Counted from the stretch's first letter, positions 37,001 to 47,700 are shown. The stretch: DNA of 64,000 nucleotides from a virus (IMGVR_UViG_3300043438_000518:1-64000); one strand, 5' to 3'. Numbers and translations: made by a program. Notes: generated from the letters alone by a model not told the origin.

Positions 37001-40000
37001 CTGGAGAGCTGAGTGAAACAGCTCACGAACATTTAAGTGATACACAAAAATTTTCTTTAGCGACTAGTTTACAAAATCACAAAAAACAAAAAGATCAGTC
37101 TCCTAGTGAGTTAACTGACTTAGAAGAGTTTAGAAACAGAACTCTGTTTAATATATACAAAAGTAGTTTAGAAGGTCTTACTCCTGAAAATCAGGTAGCA
37201 AAGATTATAGAGATGAACAAAGTTGCTTTGGGCATAGCTGTAGATACTCCAGCGGTTAATAACTTCTCTGCTAATCCTACTAACACTGCTGTTCCCGTAA
37301 CTCCTGCACCTGTAGTAAACATACCAGGTCAATTAGACGAAGTAGACAGAGAGGTTTACACTGAGTATGCTAATTACTTGGCTGAGTTTAATCAACAGTT
37401 AGCAGACTTCGATCCAACTGCTGATGAGACTCGTACAATGGTAGCTGAGTTTAACAAGAATCTTTTTGACAGTCTTTTATCCTTAGATTCTTTAAACGCA
37501 GTTAGGTCTGCTTTGTTGGCTGTTTATCCTGAGAATGTATTAGGAATTGAAGCTATGTATGAAGCAGCTAAGCAGGGTAATATAAACTTAGATTCAATAC
37601 AATTTAGCCCAAAGAAGAAAGAAAGATTTATTGCTCGTTTAAAAACTCTTATGGGTGAAGCAGACTCTACTCCTGAAACTCCTGTAGTTGAAACACCAAC
37701 TAATGAAGTATTAGAAGAAGCACCAGAGATTGCAGAAGATGGAGAAAATAATCAAACAGATAATTATGACTCAGCACAAAAGTCAACTGAATTAAGTCTG
37801 ACAAATCTTCTTAAAGGAACTAAAGGATTAGAACTTCAGTTAATATCTGTAACAAAAGAAGACGTATCCCTTAACGATCCAGCAGTAAATCTTGCTTATA
37901 GCATTATGGAGTTTTACTCTGAAGCAGAGCGTTTAGGAAAGAGTCTTGCTATGAAAGTTAGAATTCAAAGCATGATGGGTATTTATGAGTTCGTACTGCC
38001 TGCAGGATCTGTAGAAAGATTAAACGAATTAAAACAACTTAAGTCTTTGTCTCCTGAAGAGAAAATAGAGTTAAGAGATTTATTATCTGTAAACAATCGT
38101 CCTATTCATAATGAAGGAATGTTGTCTTTCTTAGAAGAGAATCCTTCTGAAATAGGTACTGGAGTAGGTACTGCGTTTGTAAACTCTGACAATAACTTGC
38201 TTAAGTTTACAGCTAAAGGAAAACCATCTACTGCTAAGACTGCTTTTGTTTTCATTCCTGCTATAAAGAAAACAGGAATACAATCAGAGAAAGAGATTAG
38301 AGAAAGAGTTGGCAGAGGAGAAATTTTAGTATCACCAATTTCAGGAATTGTATCAGGAGTGGATAAAACTTCTCCCTTAACTAACGCAGTAGGTGAAAAC
38401 ATTTATGTACACACAGGACCTGCGACTACTATTAAAGGGGCACAAAAAGTCTATACACTTAAACCTGGGGTTGTGTACTTACAGAAGGAAGATGCTCGTT
38501 ATCAGTACACAGGTATAAACATTCCTACTAACGGAAGTGATATTCAAATTCTTGTTAATGCTTTTAACAATGGTACTCTTCCTCAAAATATAGATGAGTC
38601 TATCAGACAAGATGCTAGTCTATTCTTAAACTACTTAAACAGACAGATAAACTCTACCAAAGTAGGCAAGGAAGAAACTTTAAAGATTAGATTCTTTAAA
38701 GGGGCTAATCTATTCCTCTCAACTACTAATGATAATAAACTTATAGTAAAGTATCAAGTAGAAGGTAAGGATGGTAAAAAGTATTTAAAGCCATCTAAGA
38801 ACCAAGACGAAGACTTGCTTAAGATTGGACAATCTTCTTACAAATTAGTAGATGCAAGATTCTTAGAAGATAACAAGCCTTACACTGCTTTAGTAGTAGA
38901 TGCTAAAGGTAAAATAAGCACTAAGCAATTTAACTCTTACTCTGACTTTATTAAGAGTCCTGAGTTTGGAGCAAACTACGTAAGAGAAGAGAATAGAACA
39001 TTCTCTTTTAGTCCTGAGCTTGAGTCTCTGAATACATCTTCAGTTGCTGTGGATGAAATAGATACAACTCCTATTGCACCTATTAGTGAAGTACCGACTA
39101 CTCCTACTCAACCTGCAGATGCTAGAGCTGATATAGAAAAAAGAACTACAAAAATAATATCTTCTGAAATTGTAGAAAAAGGAAATAGAAAAGGTCAAAC
39201 AAGAATCGTAAGTCAGACTAATTCTATTACAGATTTAGAGGGTACACTAGTAAGTGTCACAGAGTATGAAGCAAAAGTGGGAGATACTACAGTTGGACTT
39301 GGAGGTAAATCCATGACTCTTAAACAATTTAAAGAAGAGTTTCCATTAGACGAGGATTATGTAGGAATATTTGAAGGATTAGATGATGACTCAATTATTA
39401 CAGTAATAAAAGTAAAAAGAGTTCCTACTAGTTCAAGATTTAATAGTGTAGTAAGTATTTATACTGTCCAGTATGGTAAAATGGATGCAGGCATTAAAAA
39501 TGATGATGTAAAATATAACGCAGAACTGGCTGCTTTAGAACAGCCTACTCCCCAACCTGCAAAAGGACCTAAAAGACTTAGTAGAAGACCTACACTTTAT
39601 AAGGATCCATCAGAAGACTCTCTTATTGATCCAGACTTTTTCTTTAGAGCAAAAGCTTTAAGCAACTCTATCACAGGTAGGCAGAATACTTTAGCAAAAG
39701 CTTGGGTAGCTAATCATCCTATATTTAAAAATACTCCTTTCATCTTTGATGAGACTATCAGTCATCCTGAAGCTTATGCTGTATGGTCAAAGGCAGGTAT
39801 CTTCTTATACGAAGGAGCTAACTATGCAGAAGCGTATCATGAAGCATGGCATGAATTCTCTCAGTTGTATTTAACTCCTGAACAGAAAGCTGCTTTGTAT
39901 GCAGAAGCAAGAGAATTGTATGGAGATTTAACGTTTGTACAACTAGAAGAAAGATTAGCAGACGACTTCCGTGCTTACGCTTTAAGCGAAGGCAAAGAGT

Positions 40001-43000
40001 TTCCTGCTCTTATCCAACAAGCAAGAAAGAGTAAATCTATCTTTAAAGAGATCTGGGACTTTATCTCTAATCTATTTTTAAATAAGAAAACAGTTGACCA
40101 CTACTTCAGTCGTTTGTACAAAGGAAATCTTAATGGTTTTAAACGTAGAGAGTCTAATCAATACTTTAAACAACTCTACTCTGGTAAGTACACTTACAAT
40201 GACGCTGAAGGAGTAAGTCATGCACTTTCTTATGTAGACTCTAAAAAGTACCTAGACGACTTAGACAGTCTTTATGTAGCTACTACTAGTGCTATGTCTA
40301 AAGACAAAGGAGTTACGTTTGTAAACATACTAGCTAATCCTAAGCAAGCAAATCTAGTCTACTCTATGATGGCTAAGCGATTAGACTCTGAATATACTCA
40401 GTTGTTAGAATCATACGAACAAACTGATAATGTAGAATACGTTCCACGTATTGATGCTATTGTAGACCTTTTAGAAAACTTTGAAGCTACAGTAAAATTC
40501 CATAAGCAAAACTCTTTCTTATTTGAAGATAAAGTTAGAAAGGCACTTTTAAATAATCAGATAGTTGAACAAGAAAGTGTCAATGCTGAGTTTGCTTCGT
40601 ATGAAGCTAGCGTAAACGAAATGTCCCAGAAGCAGTTGGCTTCACAAACTTTAATTAGTGCTCTTAGAACGCTTCCTAGATATGAAAACGGGGTACAAGT
40701 ATTTCATCCTGTATTTGGAACTCCTCTGTTGAGCGACTTTAGTTCTAACTGGAATATCCTACAACGCAGGTTGTCAGGAGTAAACTCTTACTCAGAACTA
40801 TTTAGTAGGGTAGAAAACATTGCTGAAGTGTATCCTCAATTTACTGAGTTTCTATCTTATTTGCCTACACCAGAAGAAGACTTAACTTTTACTAGTGACT
40901 TAAACTTTAAGAATGAATTCTATCGTATCTTTAGTATGCCTTACATTGAAGGCTACACTACAGACATCAAGAGAGATGAAGATGGAAATATTGAAGACGT
41001 AAGAGTATTCCAAGCACAATCATTAGATGCTCAAAACATTAGGCGTTCTTTTGACTCAGCTTTTTCTCTTAACCCTTCTGAGTATTCTTTGACTAATGCA
41101 GAGACAGGTACAGCATACTTAAATACAACAAAGTACTTTAATACTTTCCCTGGTATCCCTGCAGTACCTATTGACGAAGAAGAATTTGAAGACTACAATC
41201 GTTCTTTGTATAATATGTTAACTCCATTAGGATTTAACTTAAGTCCTAACTCTATTGAGTTGTTTGTTAAGGAAGATCCAACTGTACAGTCTGCTAGAGT
41301 ATCTTTAATTTATAATAAACTTAAATCTTTATCTCAGGTACAGGCTTACATTGCAACTCCTTTAGCAAGTATTTCTAGTTCTCATATGATTGAAGATAAA
41401 GGATCTAAGATTAAAGTAGAAGGAGAAAATACTAGTATATCAAATATTATACAATATGAGGTAGAGGCTAACCCTCAGTATGTTAATGACATGAGGTATA
41501 ATGCAGTACAGAAACAAATCTGGTCTGTAAACCAACATACATTAATGACTAGAGTTCTTGGAGTATTAAACGATGAGGTATCTTATCCTACATTAGAAGA
41601 TGTTTACAGAGAACTTCCTCATCTAGATCCCACAAATAATCCCAACACAATAGGTTCTTTTGTATTGTCTTACTTGTTTAATACAGCAGGTAACCGAATT
41701 ACAGATAAGATGCAGAACCAACAAGTCTACAGAAAAGTAGAACTTGGTAACTTGTTAGGAATTAAAGATAGAGGAGAAGGCGAAAAGACAATTGACTCTA
41801 ATGAAGCTAAGAAACACTATGCTGATATTTTAGGATTAGTTAAGTCAGGTGTAGAAGAGATTAACCGTCTTAGTGGTAAGTCAACTACTAGGGGATTAAT
41901 CATGGATCTTCGCTTAAGAAAGTTCTTGGGCTTTAACAACTCTACTAACCAAGTAGATGAGTTCATTGCTTATGGGCCAGCGCAAGTTCCTTACAGTTTG
42001 TTTGTAAGTAGAATTCTTCCTCTTATTAAGTCTGAAGTTGAAGTTACTCTTAAGGATTCTGATAAATATAAAATTAGTCCTTTAGACGGAGATGGTTCTC
42101 CTAAACTTACATACTTCCATAAAATCTTTACTCCTGAACAACGTACTGCTTTATACGCAGCATACACATCAGCAGACTCTACAAAGTCTTTAGAGGACGT
42201 ATTTAAAGAAATGCCTGAGGCACAAGCAGTATTTAATAAGTTTCAAGAATACATTGCAAGTAATGTAAAAGGATCAGAAGCTATCTTAGGTACGACTTAT
42301 CCTGTAGATAAAGTAGATTTATTTAAGTATCATTTCTTCTCTTTTGTTTCTCGTATTGAACAACATAAGATATTCTTTAACCATCCTTACTACTACAAGA
42401 ATCCTAAAGATATCGAAAAGCGTTTGAGTATGTGGAATGCTTTTGGTTCTTATGCTATAATTGATCAACAGAATATAGATTACTTATTATCTGATAGGTC
42501 TGGTTTAAGTATGTATTCTCACAGAGATGCTTTCCATGCACATGCAGGTCAAGTAGGAATTAAAATAAATGCTAATAGAGCTGCAGTAGATCAAATCTCT
42601 TACCTCGTTTTAAAGGATGAGCCAATTAAATCCCCTACAGCAAAAGCAAGTAAATTCTACGGTAAGTACAAAGATGCTTATACAAATGATCCTAAATCAG
42701 AAAAACAAAATGCTGCAGCTTTCTGTACATTAGATTTCTATCGTAAGTTCTATTCTTTGTCTACAGGTATTACTCTTCCAATGAAGCAAGAGTTTGATCG
42801 TCAAGATAAGATCTATAAAAAATACCTAGAGTTACAAAGAGCAGACGAGTTTACTAGAGACCAGCTCAGTAAGGAATTAGAGGAAGAATTAAATAAAGGT
42901 CCTTTCTATAAGTTTACTATTAAGAAACTACAGTACGCAGGTCATAACAAAATAGAAAGTGGAGAGTCAGTTCCTGTAGGTCACAAGTATTCTATGAAGC

Positions 43001-46000
43001 CTATTCTTCCTTCTGAGATTATAGGTGATCCTAAACTCGCTTCTATTCTTCAGAAACTTCATGCTTCTTCTGCAGAGTATGCAGTATTTGAATCAGGCAC
43101 TAAGTTGTCTGAGACTGTTAAGCCTGTAAGTTTATTTAATGCTAAAGGAGAAGTACAAGACAAAGCAGTACCTGTAGGATTGATTGATCTTAAGAACCTT
43201 AAAGAGCAGGTATTAATTGAAAACAAAGAAGACTTTAACAACATCTTCAGTACTCAGTTCCGTAAACTTGTATATAAGGATATCACTACTCCTGACGGAG
43301 AAGCTTTGTATGAGTCTTACAAATCTATCATTGAGAATCTTACTAACTTTGATAAACTTAATTTCTTAGAACAGTTAGACGACAAAGAGAAACTTGTAGA
43401 GTTCTTGATTCGTGAGATTTCTAAAAAGAATGCAGCAGAGTCTACTAAAGATCTTCTTAGATTAAAAGAAGATGGTACTTTAACTCACAGCCTTGATAGT
43501 ATGATTGATCGTACTGTTATGGAGAGTGCAGTTGTATCTAGTGTTAAGAATCAAATCATTAAACAAAAGCTTCCTGGTGCACAGAGAGTACAGTATCCTG
43601 TATCTTTGATTAGACCTTCAAGGAAGTTAAGATTCTATGATATAGTAGATGGAAAGATTACTAAGGCCGAAGCTATGGTCTCTTTCTCAAAAGGATATTA
43701 CCCTTTGCTTAATCTTCTTTCACCTGTAGACAAACAACCTATTGGTCAACTAGACAATGAGGGTAATGTAATAAACCCACATACTGCGCTTACTCGTTTG
43801 AATGAAGCACTTGCTAATCCTAAGTTTAGAAGTCGTTATGCTAATCAACTTACCATGGAAGCTATTCGTATTCCTGGAGAGAAGCATCGTTCAATGGAGA
43901 ACTACGAGATAGTAGAATTCTTACCCGAAGAAAGTGGAGAAATTATTTTAGTTCCTGACGAGATTGTAATTAAGTCTGGTGGTGACTTTGATATTGATAA
44001 GTTGTTCTGTTATGATCCTGTATTGAATGCAGACGGAAGTTTTACATACGGACCTGAGATTACCTCACAAGAAGCTTTTGAGTTAAAGAAAGATCTTATA
44101 AATAGATTACAAGAAAATAAAGAATTGTTTAGAGAGTTCTACCAGGATAAACAAGACCTTATTCAAGACTTACAAGATATCCTTGTTAGTCGTGGTATTG
44201 CTGCAGACACTAGAGTATCTGCTTTGTATAAAGAACTTCGTTCCTACAAGTATGTAAACGAACAAGAACTTGTAGACGAAGGTGCTATTACCGAGACAGA
44301 TCAAGAAAGATTAAGGAAGTGGGCAGCAGGAGAAGTATCTACTGAAAAGAAAGACCTCTCTAAAGACATTAAAAATAGGATTAAGGTACTCAGAGCCACC
44401 TTATCAGAGATATCGGATGAAGGACTCTCTCAAGAAATCATAAACATTAATACTAGACTTAGTGTTATTGCAAAAGAAGGAAGAGATATCAAGAACGAAT
44501 TAAAGAATCTTAGAGGTCGCTTTACAAATAGACTACTTCTTAACATCTCTAATCGTTTATCTCAGCCTGAAATCTTCGAAGACTTAATTGCCCCTAACGA
44601 CATTGCTAAAGTTACAGAAGCAGTAGAGTTGTTTGGTAGTTCATCAGATATTACTACAGCGTCTCTTACTAACCTTGTCAGTCCTTTATACCAGTTGTAT
44701 GTATTCTCTTTGAATACTTATAAGACTTCTTTGGGTACAGATGCTAAGAATAACGTATTCCACGCATTGTTACAAAGAACTACCTTCTACAGAGAAGATA
44801 AGAACGGTAACAGAAAGTTTCTTTTAGATGCAAATAGAACTGTAGATGGATTCTTAAACTTTAGTGGTGTATTTAACATAGACGGAGATAAGATATCGAA
44901 CATATCAGGTGAGATGATTAGTGCTCACGTAGATATTGAAAAGAACGATGGTATTGCTAAAATTGGACTTAACAACGTAATCACTCCTGTAGTTAACTAT
45001 GCTAACATGGCAGGTGTTAGATTCTTTGATATGGTTAAGCTAATTAACTTAACTGACGGAATTAGAAAACAATCTTCTATTATACGATACTCTAGAGGAA
45101 AGTCTATAGAGGAAGTTTTAGATGTTATGTACAAGAATGCTTCTGAAGGAAGTGTAGTTAAGTCTTTGATTGATACTTCTAAGAATGAATTTGGAAGAGT
45201 TATTCGTGGCAAACTGATTAACAATGTATTTAACCAAATGCTAAAAAACACTACATCAGAAACTTCTAAGGAGTTAATGCTTAGTGTTGAAGACCCTTTA
45301 CAGGATCTTAGAAGATTTGCACAGTTCCTTGAGCTAGAAGACCAAACAAGAGACTTAGCTACTATTTCATTGGCTACAGATTATGATACATTCTCTCCTC
45401 AAAACTTTGAATCATTCAGATCTAACATCTTAAGTTTGATTCCTTACATAAAAGAAGGTGGAGAGAAAGCAGGTATCTTTAACAAGAAAGGTCTGGACGA
45501 TATCATAAACAACTCAATCATTGCTCCTTTCCAAGTACAACAAGATGTTTTAGATAAGTTTGTTCAAGTATTTCCTATCTCTGCTAATCCTAAGATTACA
45601 AATACTATTCTCAGACAGTTTGCAGTAGTCCAGAAGATAAATAGAAAACTAGACTATGATAAGTTCTCCCGTACGTTTAAGAATGATTTGCTTTATGCTT
45701 TGTACATTAATAACGTACCACAGGTGGTTCAGTTTGAAGCTTACTTAGATAAAACAAGTCCTGCAAACTTAGCAACTATGCTTACTAACCTTAAGAGTAG
45801 ACTGCGTAATAGAGGAATTGCTGCTGATAATATTATGTTTGATATTATGAGTGCAACTACAGATGTTGACTCTAAGTATATTAGAACAGGTATCTTGGAT
45901 ACAGACTTAGACTATTCAGTTGATATGTATAAGGAAGAGTTTGAGAGAGGATTCAATTGGTCTCACTCAGAGCTAAATCCTGACAACGCTTTAGACTCTG

Positions 46001-47700
46001 AACTTATCGGAGATATGCAAGCTTTCTTTAAGGCATTTGCTTACGCTGGTATTATGGGAAGTCAATTAAATAAGAAGTTTGATTCTTACTTGCCTTTGAT
46101 TCCTGAGTCTATCTACACCCTTCCTATGACTTCTGTTATTGAAAACTTTAGTAGGGAGTTAGATGCTTCAGAAAGTGCAGTTGTAGAAAGAGAGTATACT
46201 CCTGAAAAGGTTACTAAGTCTAATTTACCTGATAATGGTTTCTTTGTATTTGGTTCTAATGATAGAGGTGTACATGGACTAGGAGCAGCAAAAGATGCAG
46301 TTAAAAACTTTGGAGCAGTTAAAGGTCAGGCAACAGGAAAACAAGGTCAAGCATTTGCAGTAAGAACAAAAATGTATCAGAACGGTAAACTTACTAAGTA
46401 TAATGACTTAACTGAGGACAATAAGAAAGTAATGGATAGAATGACTGTAGAAGATCTTAATGCATTAAGAATGGAGGCTATAGATAATCCTGACAATAAG
46501 TATTATGTTACAGTAATAGGAACTAAGTTAGCAGGAAGAAGTGTTGAACAGATGAAAGATTTCTTTAGTAGAATGAACAGTAAGGTTGGTATTCCTGATA
46601 ATATAATTTTGCCTGAAGAATTTGAAGTAAGAACAGAATCTGTTAGTGTTCCTTCTGAGTTTAATTTCTTTAAAAACTTCTTAACTCGATTTACTGAGAA
46701 TCATCCAGAGTTCCGTAATGCAGAAGCGCCTAAGACTATGACCTACTACAAAGACTATCTTTTGTCTAGGGATAACATTGTAGCTCAGTATGAAGCTTCT
46801 ATAGAGAGTATTACTAAGAGTACTAATGCCGGTTCTAAACAGATGATTTTAGGAACAAAAGTTAAAGATGGGATATACGTAAATCAATCTGCTTTAACTA
46901 AAGAAGAACAATTAGAGTTATTTGACTACTTAAAACCTTTCTTAGAGGAACAGGCAGCTAAAACTAATAAAGGGAAGTCCGCAAGTAAGATGATTGGTTT
47001 AGGATTAAGGTGGGATTATAAATCGAACAATCCTGGAAAACAAGCAATGAATATTCCAGATGTTATTAATCCTGCAAATAAGACTAAGTATGGGTATTAT
47101 GATTCTTCTATAAATAACCTACCTCTGGCTCCTATTACTAGTCGTTTCAGGGAGTTGATGCAGAAAGCTTCAGGAGTAGATATGACTAACTATGATGGAG
47201 CAATTATTAATTTATACGAGGAAACTACTTTTATTAGTTTACATAATGACGTAGATGAGAGTAGATCTGCTATTGGTTATCCTGTTATAGGAGTCAATCT
47301 TGGAGGTACAGGAAACTTCTCTATTGAACCCAGAAATAGTAGCCCTGAACAAATTAATCTTAAGGCAGGTACTGCTTACATTTTTGGAGTTGATGGTGTA
47401 AACAGAGAAGTTTGGCATAGAACATTGCCTAAGCCTCAAGACAGTTTCTTACCTGAATTAACCACCAACATAGATGGTAAGACTTACGAACCTGGTTCTT
47501 ATAGAGTTACGATAACTATGAGAAGAGTAATGCCTTTGGAAGAAGGAATGAATGCTACTCCTTTTATAGAAGAGACTCAATTGCCTAGTCCTGTATCCCA
47601 ACAGTTAACTTTAGAGTTACCAGTAGACAACAGTTTTGCACTGAAAGATTCCTTCAACAGTCTACGTGAGATCAATAACAACCTAAGTAAAAACTGTTGA
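34009..47700 (+). CDS. Giant virion-packaged RNA polymerase (polyvalent: zincin + RNAP + macro-like + AlkB domains)
   Basis: Catalytic RIP...SGGDFDIDKL (43981-44001), as in crAss-like vRNAPs; HEAWH zincin (39838); FVFGSN..G.HG.GAA (about 46240); HxD...H...RxxxxxR 2OG-Fe(II) motif (47242-47529). Confidence 0.9.
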   Translation: MPQDPIIALLQNQGLDPFTQSKPVSRLQAASISTSAAEISRAAAAPFQAQLTIGKGVNDILAGGAKAEMLSPYENVSSSMLKGIEIPQISLDKGIQQEIKVSADVLSRTLREGSLEESQAALKELRDKYNNISKSVLSNKEKENLRQAYAGLVEQVNQINTFKLAKQQTDSFFSENALEDREKGLKDFNANSRLPLSLKSKQTKNSDIINSLADLESNRIGSRLYNEEDLSTFKSTYVDTDKDLYAGMEMQYNYAVKQSVDEKINDYQKQIQDLDSQIKQSYDQGQKNALAMQKAGVVKELNYANNLSQKLKPYTNEDTYLKNFYPEEYTKKKDRQKQEVYRNEMLAEGDQGSWSETLYRSAQSIGSNFTKQISGAAYFFGNKELGYRLKSAAESIAPPTYFVGKDLNKNSKIDDSEITRDIHGNRVTMSQVRWIDKSGESHWNLWAPVEQTLPILTDVLTTIAISKGLGAVGRGAGLTYGRMGAAAGLGEAANASFVKNWAPRISTMGIVSATTFPRFYAEERSNFKNSDDAFKVATMRAAVEGLTESIVPDVNMFSGKIAYGALDPAFAKLGKLDPASLSRLTVKRDVLLGLLPKGAISPAKAALLMAPAALRRTLTGASQEAIEELGSLVGNYVVDQYASNQNFEVEETNQLTGEAFLDTFVEGFIPSLFISGGSTLLAKGAMKKERLDQARWNIANNPEKYKQLIANQVQNQKITKDEGLKRTVAIDRLAKQLDVIPEIQNIKSLTTLLDDKEAQYNFFNNVLFQEDLLTVDTTQLSEEQVEQHKESLAKVSKDILTTKNLADKYAGLEENDKKAIISKLFDKQAQAATSEDATLSSIMFTAEQTKQMMVTAPVNDPRYEFINEQYKNFQSKVDANIRTRVENFASRLENTPEQVTLLELQMAQDTFLPALERLDALDKGMQVENSPMAPEIGPMPENTPELMQAIKDELASRKIISAEDFNREVSQNLKNPETKQVQEAQLSVAELSEEELATGELSETAHEHLSDTQKFSLATSLQNHKKQKDQSPSELTDLEEFRNRTLFNIYKSSLEGLTPENQVAKIIEMNKVALGIAVDTPAVNNFSANPTNTAVPVTPAPVVNIPGQLDEVDREVYTEYANYLAEFNQQLADFDPTADETRTMVAEFNKNLFDSLLSLDSLNAVRSALLAVYPENVLGIEAMYEAAKQGNINLDSIQFSPKKKERFIARLKTLMGEADSTPETPVVETPTNEVLEEAPEIAEDGENNQTDNYDSAQKSTELSLTNLLKGTKGLELQLISVTKEDVSLNDPAVNLAYSIMEFYSEAERLGKSLAMKVRIQSMMGIYEFVLPAGSVERLNELKQLKSLSPEEKIELRDLLSVNNRPIHNEGMLSFLEENPSEIGTGVGTAFVNSDNNLLKFTAKGKPSTAKTAFVFIPAIKKTGIQSEKEIRERVGRGEILVSPISGIVSGVDKTSPLTNAVGENIYVHTGPATTIKGAQKVYTLKPGVVYLQKEDARYQYTGINIPTNGSDIQILVNAFNNGTLPQNIDESIRQDASLFLNYLNRQINSTKVGKEETLKIRFFKGANLFLSTTNDNKLIVKYQVEGKDGKKYLKPSKNQDEDLLKIGQSSYKLVDARFLEDNKPYTALVVDAKGKISTKQFNSYSDFIKSPEFGANYVREENRTFSFSPELESLNTSSVAVDEIDTTPIAPISEVPTTPTQPADARADIEKRTTKIISSEIVEKGNRKGQTRIVSQTNSITDLEGTLVSVTEYEAKVGDTTVGLGGKSMTLKQFKEEFPLDEDYVGIFEGLDDDSIITVIKVKRVPTSSRFNSVVSIYTVQYGKMDAGIKNDDVKYNAELAALEQPTPQPAKGPKRLSRRPTLYKDPSEDSLIDPDFFFRAKALSNSITGRQNTLAKAWVANHPIFKNTPFIFDETISHPEAYAVWSKAGIFLYEGANYAEAYHEAWHEFSQLYLTPEQKAALYAEARELYGDLTFVQLEERLADDFRAYALSEGKEFPALIQQARKSKSIFKEIWDFISNLFLNKKTVDHYFSRLYKGNLNGFKRRESNQYFKQLYSGKYTYNDAEGVSHALSYVDSKKYLDDLDSLYVATTSAMSKDKGVTFVNILANPKQANLVYSMMAKRLDSEYTQLLESYEQTDNVEYVPRIDAIVDLLENFEATVKFHKQNSFLFEDKVRKALLNNQIVEQESVNAEFASYEASVNEMSQKQLASQTLISALRTLPRYENGVQVFHPVFGTPLLSDFSSNWNILQRRLSGVNSYSELFSRVENIAEVYPQFTEFLSYLPTPEEDLTFTSDLNFKNEFYRIFSMPYIEGYTTDIKRDEDGNIEDVRVFQAQSLDAQNIRRSFDSAFSLNPSEYSLTNAETGTAYLNTTKYFNTFPGIPAVPIDEEEFEDYNRSLYNMLTPLGFNLSPNSIELFVKEDPTVQSARVSLIYNKLKSLSQVQAYIATPLASISSSHMIEDKGSKIKVEGENTSISNIIQYEVEANPQYVNDMRYNAVQKQIWSVNQHTLMTRVLGVLNDEVSYPTLEDVYRELPHLDPTNNPNTIGSFVLSYLFNTAGNRITDKMQNQQVYRKVELGNLLGIKDRGEGEKTIDSNEAKKHYADILGLVKSGVEEINRLSGKSTTRGLIMDLRLRKFLGFNNSTNQVDEFIAYGPAQVPYSLFVSRILPLIKSEVEVTLKDSDKYKISPLDGDGSPKLTYFHKIFTPEQRTALYAAYTSADSTKSLEDVFKEMPEAQAVFNKFQEYIASNVKGSEAILGTTYPVDKVDLFKYHFFSFVSRIEQHKIFFNHPYYYKNPKDIEKRLSMWNAFGSYAIIDQQNIDYLLSDRSGLSMYSHRDAFHAHAGQVGIKINANRAAVDQISYLVLKDEPIKSPTAKASKFYGKYKDAYTNDPKSEKQNAAAFCTLDFYRKFYSLSTGITLPMKQEFDRQDKIYKKYLELQRADEFTRDQLSKELEEELNKGPFYKFTIKKLQYAGHNKIESGESVPVGHKYSMKPILPSEIIGDPKLASILQKLHASSAEYAVFESGTKLSETVKPVSLFNAKGEVQDKAVPVGLIDLKNLKEQVLIENKEDFNNIFSTQFRKLVYKDITTPDGEALYESYKSIIENLTNFDKLNFLEQLDDKEKLVEFLIREISKKNAAESTKDLLRLKEDGTLTHSLDSMIDRTVMESAVVSSVKNQIIKQKLPGAQRVQYPVSLIRPSRKLRFYDIVDGKITKAEAMVSFSKGYYPLLNLLSPVDKQPIGQLDNEGNVINPHTALTRLNEALANPKFRSRYANQLTMEAIRIPGEKHRSMENYEIVEFLPEESGEIILVPDEIVIKSGGDFDIDKLFCYDPVLNADGSFTYGPEITSQEAFELKKDLINRLQENKELFREFYQDKQDLIQDLQDILVSRGIAADTRVSALYKELRSYKYVNEQELVDEGAITETDQERLRKWAAGEVSTEKKDLSKDIKNRIKVLRATLSEISDEGLSQEIININTRLSVIAKEGRDIKNELKNLRGRFTNRLLLNISNRLSQPEIFEDLIAPNDIAKVTEAVELFGSSSDITTASLTNLVSPLYQLYVFSLNTYKTSLGTDAKNNVFHALLQRTTFYREDKNGNRKFLLDANRTVDGFLNFSGVFNIDGDKISNISGEMISAHVDIEKNDGIAKIGLNNVITPVVNYANMAGVRFFDMVKLINLTDGIRKQSSIIRYSRGKSIEEVLDVMYKNASEGSVVKSLIDTSKNEFGRVIRGKLINNVFNQMLKNTTSETSKELMLSVEDPLQDLRRFAQFLELEDQTRDLATISLATDYDTFSPQNFESFRSNILSLIPYIKEGGEKAGIFNKKGLDDIINNSIIAPFQVQQDVLDKFVQVFPISANPKITNTILRQFAVVQKINRKLDYDKFSRTFKNDLLYALYINNVPQVVQFEAYLDKTSPANLATMLTNLKSRLRNRGIAADNIMFDIMSATTDVDSKYIRTGILDTDLDYSVDMYKEEFERGFNWSHSELNPDNALDSELIGDMQAFFKAFAYAGIMGSQLNKKFDSYLPLIPESIYTLPMTSVIENFSRELDASESAVVEREYTPEKVTKSNLPDNGFFVFGSNDRGVHGLGAAKDAVKNFGAVKGQATGKQGQAFAVRTKMYQNGKLTKYNDLTEDNKKVMDRMTVEDLNALRMEAIDNPDNKYYVTVIGTKLAGRSVEQMKDFFSRMNSKVGIPDNIILPEEFEVRTESVSVPSEFNFFKNFLTRFTENHPEFRNAEAPKTMTYYKDYLLSRDNIVAQYEASIESITKSTNAGSKQMILGTKVKDGIYVNQSALTKEEQLELFDYLKPFLEEQAAKTNKGKSASKMIGLGLRWDYKSNNPGKQAMNIPDVINPANKTKYGYYDSSINNLPLAPITSRFRELMQKASGVDMTNYDGAIINLYEETTFISLHNDVDESRSAIGYPVIGVNLGGTGNFSIEPRNSSPEQINLKAGTAYIFGVDGVNREVWHRTLPKPQDSFLPELTTNIDGKTYEPGSYRVTITMRRVMPLEEGMNATPFIEETQLPSPVSQQLTLELPVDNSFALKDSFNSLREINNNLSKNC

